Below, one piece after another: positions 9,043-15,808 of a DNA stretch of 59,219 nt (position 1 is the stretch's first letter; every line of letters begins with the position of its first letter). The DNA is from a virus (taxonomy: Duplodnaviria; Caudoviricetes): IMG/VR virus record IMGVR_UViG_3300050011_000072, positions 1 through 59,219 of that record; one strand, 5' to 3'. The notes under the pieces are model-generated. The model was not told the origin of the DNA, did no database searches, and saw nothing but the letters and a program-made list of their open reading frames with translations. A program made the position numbers and the translations under genes.

Positions 9043-9884
9043 GTGGCCGCCAGCGATAGCAAGGATTGCTCATGCTTGTTTCTCGGAGCATTGCGGAACA
9101 TATCGCCCTGCATCAATTCGTTTTCGATTCGCGCACTCGCTAATTTGAAAAAGTCCTTTTTAATCTCGAATCCGTAGGCCGAACGTCCGGCGCGCATCGC
9201 TGCGATAATTGTGGACGCGCTGCCGGCGCATGGGTCTATTACCACTTCGCCGGGGTCGGTAAAAAGTGAAATTAACCGGCCTATCAGTTTGACCGGCTTT
9301 TCTGTCGGATGAATCTTTTCTGTTCTAGGGTTATCGTATTCCCACGGCATCGCGTTAAAAATCATCTTGCCGTGATTGTTGAATTTTGGGAGTTTATCGC
9401 GGTAGAGAATAAGTCCGTATTCGCAGTTGCCGACCACGCGCATATTCGCCTTCAGCACCTGGGCCGATGAATTTTTAACGAATACTAGATTTATGTAGCG
9501 ATTCAATCCGTGCTTTTTTGCCTCTTCGATCAATTGGAATTGCTGATCGAACGCGCAGAATACGATCATGCACGGCGCTTTGCCGGTTTCTTTCGGTTCT
9601 GGTATAAGCATCTTTGAGGCGAAGTGCAGGAATTCGGGAATACGAAAATCTTTGTCCGTGTCAAAAAATTCTGTGTTAGCTAATTTGCTTTCGCCGTTTT
9701 TATTGTCGCCTCCGAGATACCATTCCGGGGAGCTGGCGAAAGCATTGGTAGACAGATTATAGGGAATGTCGGCAACGATAATCTGGGCCTTTTGAATCGG
9801 GTAGCGCTTTGAATTTTGGTAGTGGTCATTGAATAATTCATGCTTCAGCGCCCGAACCTTTGGGATTCTTTCTACGTCACTCAT
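9039..9884 (-). CDS. N4-cytosine/N6-adenine DNA methyltransferase (beta class)
   Basis: Catalytic ADIPYN near the N-terminus, HPTEKPV, VVIDPCAGSAST, YGFEI. Confidence 0.9.
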   Translation of the reverse strand: MSDVERIPKVRALKHELFNDHYQNSKRYPIQKAQIIVADIPYNLSTNAFASSPEWYLGGDNKNGESKLANTEFFDTDKDFRIPEFLHFASKMLIPEPKETGKAPCMIVFCAFDQQFQLIEEAKKHGLNRYINLVFVKNSSAQVLKANMRVVGNCEYGLILYRDKLPKFNNHGKMIFNAMPWEYDNPRTEKIHPTEKPVKLIGRLISLFTDPGEVVIDPCAGSASTIIAAMRAGRSAYGFEIKKDFFKLASARIENELMQGDMFRNAPRNKHEQSLLSLAAT

Positions 9885-10867
9885 GCTTCCTCCGAAAATA
9901 GATCATTCTGCATCTTCACTTGCGGTATGCAATACGGACTAGCCCACACCGTTTCACTGGCCGAATTTGCGACCGCTTCATCGGTCAATGCATAGCCCTT
10001 GCGTGCCGCCCATTTATGCTCTGTCCAACCGAGTGATAGGAGCGCATCATGTTCGGCGGCATGACCGCACAAAACAATCCTCAAAAGCGGGTTATCGCCA
10101 TTCTCCGCGCACCACTCGCGCACTTTCGACGATATGCCAAGTCCCATGCCGCCTGCGCCGTAGTCCATCGCGCCTTTGTCATATGGAGGGTCAAGGAACA
10201 CGCCCGTAAGCCAGTGTCGCGTCGTTACCGAATCCTTGAGTACTCGCGTCCAGTCTCCGCAAGTTACGCGAACGTCGCGCATACGCTCATACAGGAGATT
10301 AAACCAATCGGCAATAAACTGCCCACGGTCGCCCTTGCCAGCATCGCCAAGGTGCGGGAGTTGGCGATTTATGCCCTGCCCGGCACTCAGGTGCGGGAGT
10401 TGGCGGCGGTTGACGATCTTTTCGCCATCATGTACCCACGGGCCTTTACCCAGACACCAGCCATGACCAATCCAGCAGCAGGCGCCATGACACCACCAGC
10501 CGGCTATTTTCACATCGTAGAATTCCGGGTTCGCGTCGAGCTTTTCGGTTAAATCCTTCGATTGCCGAACGAGCCATGAATGGCGCGAGAACAAATCTGT
10601 TTCGTTAACCGGCCAATCCGAATGAAACGCAACCGAATTCGGATCATGCGCGATAGCTCGCCAGAAATTCGCAACGAAGCCGTCAAAATCGTTGATTGTT
10701 TCTATGCCTGGTTCGTCTGTCCGACCGAGCAACATGGCCGCGCTTCCGCAAAATGGTTCTACATAATTCGCAGGATTTCCGAGTAGCGACCACACCAGCG
10801 AGCATGCGCCGCTCTTTCCTCCAAAGTAGGGCAGCGGAGCGGCAAGTGTACCTGCTGCTGTTTTCAT
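9881..10867 (-). CDS. Dam-like (D12 class) DNA adenine methyltransferase
   Basis: PYFGGKS, YVEPFCGS, ETIND, VFLDPPY; duplicated RQLPHL motif. Confidence 0.9.
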   Translation of the reverse strand: MKTAAGTLAAPLPYFGGKSGACSLVWSLLGNPANYVEPFCGSAAMLLGRTDEPGIETINDFDGFVANFWRAIAHDPNSVAFHSDWPVNETDLFSRHSWLVRQSKDLTEKLDANPEFYDVKIAGWWCHGACCWIGHGWCLGKGPWVHDGEKIVNRRQLPHLSAGQGINRQLPHLGDAGKGDRGQFIADWFNLLYERMRDVRVTCGDWTRVLKDSVTTRHWLTGVFLDPPYDKGAMDYGAGGMGLGISSKVREWCAENGDNPLLRIVLCGHAAEHDALLSLGWTEHKWAARKGYALTDEAVANSASETVWASPYCIPQVKMQNDLFSEEA

Positions 10868-11112
10868 ACTTCCCGCCCCTTCATAATTTCCCTGATTTTG
10901 TCGAAAGCCTCTGCGCGATAATTCCGGTCTTGCATCACGCAATCAGATGCGTCAATTGCTTTATCAGCCCAAGCAATCACCGCCATGATCTCGGCATCCT
11001 GCTGGCGGTGGATTGCGGCGCGAGCGTTCCATGCGCAAATCGTACTATTGGCTCGCCAGTTCGCCGCTTTTTCTTTCCACTCTCCATATGCAAGTTCTTC
11101 GCGTTCACTCAT
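10864..11112 (-). CDS. Hypothetical protein
   Basis: 82-aa coupled ORF with GGAGG RBS. Confidence 0.65.
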   Translation of the reverse strand: MSEREELAYGEWKEKAANWRANSTICAWNARAAIHRQQDAEIMAVIAWADKAIDASDCVMQDRNYRAEAFDKIREIMKGREV

Positions 11113-11309
11113 GGCCTCCCCTTCTTCGGCTTGTCAGCCTTCAGTGCATTATTTGAAATAGCCTGAATAGCCAATTGCGCAGGCCTCGGAATAGCGATTC
11201 CCTTTTTTGCGTTAGCACGCCATTTCGCTATACATGACGGAGATCGCTCAAGTGCGACGGCGATTTGCGCGTCATCCCCGTATTTAGCTTCCAACTGTTT
11301 GAATTTCAT
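11109..11309 (-). CDS. Cro-like HTH regulator
   Basis: 66 aa, AQIAVALERSPSCIAKW, IPRPAQLAIQ...LKAD; GGAGG RBS; first gene of the leftward arm. Confidence 0.75.
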   Translation of the reverse strand: MKFKQLEAKYGDDAQIAVALERSPSCIAKWRANAKKGIAIPRPAQLAIQAISNNALKADKPKKGRP

Positions 11310-11395
11310 TTTTACACCTCCAATTTCAAAAAATTTTATCAGCAAACAATAATTTATGCAAATTAAATTTATAGTAAAGTTTATAAAAATAATGC

Positions 11396-11425
11396 TTGAC
11401 ACGATAAAACTGAGTATGTTTTAAT
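11396..11425 (+). promoter_or_regulatory. Rightward early promoter in an AT-rich divergent control region
   Basis: TTGACA (11396-11401) and extended -10 TGtTTTAAT (11417-11425). Confidence 0.65.
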
Positions 11426-11455
11426 AGCTCACTGAATCGCAAACGGGAGCCGAAA

Positions 11456-11566
11456 ATGACTATAGACGATGTAATAGATGCAGCAATGCCGATGTTATTT
11501 TTATTTGGGCTTGCAGCATGCGTCGGCGGAACTATCGCAACAATTATTATTTTGATTGGACAATAA
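11456..11566 (+). CDS. 36-aa single-TM peptide (not in ORF track)
   Basis: MTIDDVIDAAMPMLFLFGLAACVGGTIATIIILIGQ; GGGAG RBS; stop 1 nt before the next ATG. Confidence 0.6.
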   Translation: MTIDDVIDAAMPMLFLFGLAACVGGTIATIIILIGQ

Positions 11567-11567
11567 A

Positions 11568-12704
11568 ATGACTGAAGAAACGAAGTCGGCGGCATGCGCA
11601 CAGATTGAATCTGCTCCTCTGATTGCTTACAAGGCGTTCGGTGCAGATATGAAATGCTGTGGATTCCAGTTTCAGGAAGGCGAAACATATACCCATGATG
11701 GCGATGTTAAATTGTGTGAATCAGGTTTCCATGCTTGCGAGGCTCCGATGGATGTGTGGGGCTATTACCCACTCGGATCGCCAGTGCATCAAGTCGAATT
11801 GCGCGGCGCAAGTGGCGAGAAAAAAGAAAACAGCAAACGTGTGGGAAAGTCGATCACAATTAGAGGTGCTTTAACTATTCCGATGATCGTATCGGCGCAA
11901 TTTGAATGGACGTGGAATAAAGCCCTGGAAGCAGATAAGGCGTCGGGCGATTCCAGCCGCGCCGCTTCGTCGGGCAATTACAGCAGCGCCGCCTCGTCGG
12001 GCAATTACAGCAGCGCCGCCTCGTCGGGCGATTCCAGCAGCGCCGCCTCGTCGGGCGATTCCAGCCGCGCCGCTTCGTCGGGCAATTGCAGCAGCGCCGC
12101 CTCGTCGGGCGATTCCAGCCGCGCCGCTTCGTCGGGCGATTCCAGCCGCGCCGCCTCGTCGGGCGATTCCAGCCGCGCCGCCTCGTCGGGCGATTACAGC
12201 AGCGCCGCCTCGTCGGGCGATTCCAGCAGCGCCGCCTCGTCGGGCTATTCCAGCCGCGCCGCTTCGTCGGGCGATTCCAGCCGCGCCGCTTCGTCGGGCA
12301 ATTGCAGCAGCGCCGCCTCGTCGGGCGATTCCAGCAGCGCCGCCTCGTCGGGCTATTCCAGCCGCGCCGCTTCGTCGGGCAATTGCAGCAGCGCCGCCTC
12401 GTCGGGCAATTACAGCCGCGCCGCCTCGTCGGGCGATTACAGCAGCGCCGCCTCGTCGGGCTATTCCAGCCGCGCCGCCTCGTCGGGCAATTACAGCAGC
12501 GCCGAGGCAAAGGGAGAAAAAACGGTTGCAATGATAGCCGGATTGAACGGTCGCGCTCGCACTGGAGAAAACGGCGCGTTTGCGCTCGCATGGCACGATA
12601 GATCAGCAGACAGAATGCGTATCGTGGTCGGGACTGTCGGCGAAAACGTCAAGGCAGATATTTGGTATAAAGTCGATGCAGCCGGAAATTTGATTGAAGA
12701 ATAG
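11568..12704 (+). CDS. DUF7666-type phage protein with 9-aa tandem repeats
   Basis: N-terminal AYKAF...GFQF.EGETY...CESGFHAC.P.DVWGYY; C-terminal VGENVKADIWYKV; central repeat. Confidence 0.8.
   Translation: MTEETKSAACAQIESAPLIAYKAFGADMKCCGFQFQEGETYTHDGDVKLCESGFHACEAPMDVWGYYPLGSPVHQVELRGASGEKKENSKRVGKSITIRGALTIPMIVSAQFEWTWNKALEADKASGDSSRAASSGNYSSAASSGNYSSAASSGDSSSAASSGDSSRAASSGNCSSAASSGDSSRAASSGDSSRAASSGDSSRAASSGDYSSAASSGDSSSAASSGYSSRAASSGDSSRAASSGNCSSAASSGDSSSAASSGYSSRAASSGNCSSAASSGNYSRAASSGDYSSAASSGYSSRAASSGNYSSAEAKGEKTVAMIAGLNGRARTGENGAFALAWHDRSADRMRIVVGTVGENVKADIWYKVDAAGNLIEE
11940..12503 (+). repeat. About 21 tandem 27-bp coding repeats
   Basis: Unit TCG TCG GGC [G/A/T]AT T[C/A/G]C AGC [C/A]GC GCC GC[C/T], encoding SSG[DNY][SYC]S[RS]AA. 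Confidence 0.95.
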
Positions 12705-12713
12705 GGGCTGAAA

Positions 12714-12854
12714 ATGACCATAGACCAAGCAGTACGCGTATGGCATGCAAACCGGTATTTGCGGCTCGTAATGCGGTTCGACGAGTTCATGGTGTGGCAG
12801 CATAGAATCTGCCGGCAAGAATTGCAGTATAGAAGAGCGGATCGGAAACGGTGA
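12714..12854 (+). CDS. 46-aa hypothetical protein (not in ORF track)
   Basis: MTIDQAVRVWHANRYLRLVMRFDEFMVWQHRICRQELQYRRADRKR; AGGGG RBS. Confidence 0.45.
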   Translation: MTIDQAVRVWHANRYLRLVMRFDEFMVWQHRICRQELQYRRADRKR

Positions 12855-12968
12855 TCCAGGAGCGCAGGAAGGCCAAGCCATCAAGCCGCGCGGCAAGCGA
12901 TGGGATATGCGTGTAGCAGCACCGTGACAAACCGGGAGAGTCCGGCACTGAATTTTATGGAGATATTC

Positions 12969-13148
12969 ATGATCTATGAATCTAGCGACGATCCGACAGA
13001 CTTCTACGATGAGCCACGCCCGCGCAAACGCTCTAGCCGCTGCCAGTGCGCTAGTGATGGCGAAATGGGTGGTGTATGCCCAGGGCCGGAAAATTGCAGC
13101 GGTCCAGGCGGATATTTGAATGATGACGAAGGGAGTGAAGAGCAATGA
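12969..13148 (+). CDS. Small acidic Cys-containing hypothetical protein
   Basis: GGAG RBS; CQC...CPGPENC. Confidence 0.55.
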   Translation: MIYESSDDPTDFYDEPRPRKRSSRCQCASDGEMGGVCPGPENCSGPGGYLNDDEGSEEQ

Positions 13149-13312
13149 AAACGCGCCGCACATTTGCAGAATTTTTATCCCATGAGCCAGCCACATTTGC
13201 AGAATTTTTATACCATGAGCCAGCCGTAGCAGCCGTGTTGCTGATACTGGTGATCGGCATACTCGGTGCGCTTGGCGAGGCGTTGGCGGCTTTGATGGGG
13301 GTGCCAGCATGA
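13145..13312 (+). CDS. 55-aa membrane peptide with internal 33-bp duplication (not in ORF track)
   Basis: MKTRRTFAEFLSHEPATFAEFLYHEPAVAAVLLILVIGILGALGEALAALMGVPA; ATGA overlaps both sides; duplication 13159-13224. Confidence 0.6.
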   Translation: MKTRRTFAEFLSHEPATFAEFLYHEPAVAAVLLILVIGILGALGEALAALMGVPA

Positions 13313-13551
13313 GCGATTTAAAAAATGGCGGCCATGCCTTCCCGACCGTGTATCAGCATAATGCGATGACAGAAGACGGCATGACAATGCGCAACTATCT
13401 GGCTGCGAAAGCAATGCAAAGCCTGATAGCAGTGTGCTTCGACCATCGCGCTTCTGTTGCGAGAACAGACGGCGGCGCGGTCACTGAAACTACTATCGCA
13501 TCGCAGGCGTACGCGTTTGCTGATGCTATGATCGAGGCCGGGAAATCATGA
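13309..13551 (+). CDS. Conserved small phage early protein
   Basis: GGHAFP...GMTMRNYLAAKAMQ...AYAFADAMI, a widespread phage family motif. Confidence 0.8.
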   Translation: MSDLKNGGHAFPTVYQHNAMTEDGMTMRNYLAAKAMQSLIAVCFDHRASVARTDGGAVTETTIASQAYAFADAMIEAGKS

Positions 13552-13757
13552 TCCGCACAATCCTATGGTCAATCATCGGCGCTCTAATTGTCTGCGCAAC
13601 CTACGCCATCGTGCAGACGCTTGACGATCAGCGCACGGATGATATGCAAGCGGCGAAGGCTTTGGCGCACCGCAAGGCGGTCAGGTTGCGTGAGGCTGGC
13701 CTTATCCATGACGCAAATCAAATGGTATGGCCTTGCTGCCAGATGGTGGAAAAATGA
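13548..13757 (+). CDS. Hypothetical protein with N-terminal TM helix
   Basis: Coupled ORF with hydrophobic N-terminus. Confidence 0.6.
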   Translation: MIRTILWSIIGALIVCATYAIVQTLDDQRTDDMQAAKALAHRKAVRLREAGLIHDANQMVWPCCQMVEK

Positions 13758-14011
13758 ACGACCTACGCGAAACGCTAGATCATATTTTGCGCATTTGTTT
13801 TGATTCACGCACATATACCAGGCGTACCCAGCAAATCCATGAGGTTGCGATGCAAGGTCTTGGTATGACAGCAAATCAGAGAAAAGATCGGCACTTGGAA
13901 ATCATGGGGCGAATCGGTGGCGATCCTGCCAAGCAGCGATATTTAGACCGAATTGCGAAACGCGAAGCGAAAGATAAAACGAGGTCAGAACTTACGGAAT
14001 CGTCATGCTGA
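13754..14011 (+). CDS. Hypothetical protein
   Basis: ATGA-coupled ORF. Confidence 0.6.
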   Translation: MNDLRETLDHILRICFDSRTYTRRTQQIHEVAMQGLGMTANQRKDRHLEIMGRIGGDPAKQRYLDRIAKREAKDKTRSELTESSC

Positions 14012-14190
14012 AGCTATCCGGAGAACTGTGCGAGATCGGCTATCTATCAGATGAGGATGGCGAAACAGGCATTGTCATTGAGCGGCCAGACAGCAGCTTC
14101 GTGACGATCAAGGGGCTGACCGACGACGAGGCGCGACAGCTTGTGCAATACCTGTGGAGCGGCATCGAGATTATTATTAAGGAGAAATAA
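14005..14190 (+). CDS. Hypothetical protein
   Basis: 61-aa ORF in operon. Confidence 0.6.
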   Translation: MLKLSGELCEIGYLSDEDGETGIVIERPDSSFVTIKGLTDDEARQLVQYLWSGIEIIIKEK

Positions 14191-14191
14191 C

Positions 14192-14413
14192 ATGCAATTT
14201 GCACTTATTACCAATACTGAAAACAGGCTGGTTCTCGTTGAAGAGCGGGGCGGTCAATACGTCTGAGATGATGAATTCGCAGTGCAGAATGGAGTAACTG
14301 TCCGCACTAAATCCGCATGGATGAATGCTCGCGAAAAGGTGAGCGAATCGAAGTTTATTCGCGTTGAAGGTCGCGGCTGGTTCGCTACTGCTGAAGATGC
14401 TTATCCATCGTGA
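14192..14413 (+). pseudogene. Small gene interrupted by an in-frame TGA
   Basis: AAGGAG RBS; MQFALITNTENRLVLVEERGGQYV*DDEFAVQ...EDAYPS; TGA at 14264-14266 followed by 48 open codons. Confidence 0.55.
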
Positions 14414-14523
14414 TCGAGCTATTCGTCAGAATGTACCGCCGCAAGCGCGCGTTGAAATTCGGCCGGGTCGCTTCGGTAGTGGTTGCGGTTCGATGGATGT
14501 TGAAATAATTTAAGGAGGTTGAA

Positions 14524-14730
14524 ATGAAAGTGACTTACGATCATCAAGACATTGAGGCGGTAATTCTTGCGCATGCCGCGCATATCGGGCTGAAGGTGAA
14601 TACATGCATTCTGGATGGAGGCTACGGCAGCGCTCATGCGGAGTTGACCTGGGAAGCATCGGAAGCCGAACCTACGCCGATTCAACCGCCGCCAGCAGTC
14701 AAGTATGATGATACTGATTTGCCGTTTTAA
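14524..14730 (+). CDS. Small protein ending in an SSB-like acidic tail (DDTDLPF)
   Basis: AAGGAGGT RBS; 68 aa. Confidence 0.7.
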   Translation: MKVTYDHQDIEAVILAHAAHIGLKVNTCILDGGYGSAHAELTWEASEAEPTPIQPPPAVKYDDTDLPF

Positions 14731-14778
14731 GCGAAATACCAGCACAGAGAAATAAATCTGTGCTATTATTAATTTGCA

Positions 14779-14893
14779 ATCCGGGAAGATTGACAAGCAG
14801 CCGATTTATTTAGTTTGCGTGTTCCAGACGACACTTCACAGTAGAGTCAATCTTCCCGGATGGAATGCGCAATCTAAATTGATCGGCTTTTTT
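14779..14893 (+). promoter_or_regulatory. Two interleaved long inverted repeats followed by a T-run upstream of bet
   Basis: 14779-14794 pairs perfectly with 14846-14861 (16 bp); 14799-14826 pairs with 14861-14888 (28 positions, 2 mismatches, 3 G-U). Confidence 0.7.
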
Positions 14894-14906
14894 ATTGGGG
14901 GATCAC

Positions 14907-15791
14907 ATGGCAAACGAAGTAGTGGCAATCAGTGGAAGTACATCGCTCACTGCGATGACAGAGAACGAATTGGTAGATGTTTTGCAGTCCAGCCTTTACC
15001 CTGGCGCGGCACTCAAGAGCATCAAGATGGTAATCGGGTATTGCAAGGCGGCGAATCTCGACCCGATGCAAAAACCGGTCCATATCGTCCCCATGTGGGA
15101 TAAAAATGCGAGGCAGATGCGCGATGTAATTATGCCTGGCGTCGGACTGTACCGCACACAGGCGGCGCGCAGCAATGCGCTTGCCGGAATCAGTGAACCA
15201 GAGTTCGGCCCTGTAGTTGAGTTTGAATTGGACGGTAAAAAATTCAAAGCCCCAGAATGGGCGCGTGTCGTGGTGGATCGGCTATTGCCAAACGGCGCGA
15301 TCGGCAAGTTTTCGGCTGTCGAATACTGGATCGAGAATTACGCGACCGCAGGGAAGGATAGCGAATCGCCTAATGCCATGTGGAAGAAACGTCCGCGCGG
15401 GCAGCTTGGCAAATGCGCCCAGGCACAAGCTCTGCGCACGGCTTTCCCGGAAATGACTGGAAGCGCACCGACTGCCGACGAAATGGAGGGCAAGACATAC
15501 GAAGCGGCAGAGGTCAATATCACGCCAAATCCGGAAGCAAGGCCGGAAATTCCAGAATGCACAGAAGACGCTTTTTCCGAGAATAAACTGAAATGGCGCA
15601 AGACCGTCGAAGACGGAAAGAAAACCGCTGAGTCGTTGCTGGCGATGCTTGGCACTCGCGCCACTTTCAGTGAATCGCAGCGCACGGAAATTCTTTCGTG
15701 GAAAAAAGTGATTGCGGAAGTCATGGAGCAGCCGAAGGAATCGACCGCGAATTTCGATGCCGGCCTTGACGGCGGTTACGTTCCAGAATAA
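14907..15791 (+). CDS. bet: Single-strand annealing recombinase, Red-beta (Bet) family
   Basis: SLYPGA, YCKAANLDPMQKPVHIVPMW, GVGLYRTQAARS, MWKKRPRGQLGKCAQAQALRTAFPE, TADEM. Confidence 0.92.
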   Translation: MANEVVAISGSTSLTAMTENELVDVLQSSLYPGAALKSIKMVIGYCKAANLDPMQKPVHIVPMWDKNARQMRDVIMPGVGLYRTQAARSNALAGISEPEFGPVVEFELDGKKFKAPEWARVVVDRLLPNGAIGKFSAVEYWIENYATAGKDSESPNAMWKKRPRGQLGKCAQAQALRTAFPEMTGSAPTADEMEGKTYEAAEVNITPNPEARPEIPECTEDAFSENKLKWRKTVEDGKKTAESLLAMLGTRATFSESQRTEILSWKKVIAEVMEQPKESTANFDAGLDGGYVPE

Positions 15792-15808
15792 CAAAAAGGG
15801 AAAATTCG

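Noticed and set aside
11940-12503. CRISPR array
   Set aside because: Units are contiguous with no spacers, lie in frame inside a CDS, and no cas genes are present
11940-12503. Diversity-generating retroelement suggested by A-containing variable sites
   Set aside because: No reverse transcriptase or separate template repeat; other adenines in the unit are invariant and one variable site is C/T
11871-12601. Several long alternative-frame and antisense ORFs over the repeat
   Set aside because: By-products of a stop-free GC-rich 27-bp repeat
14264-14266. Genome-wide TGA recoding
   Set aside because: Many genes end in TGA with ATGA coupling and conserved genes are uninterrupted
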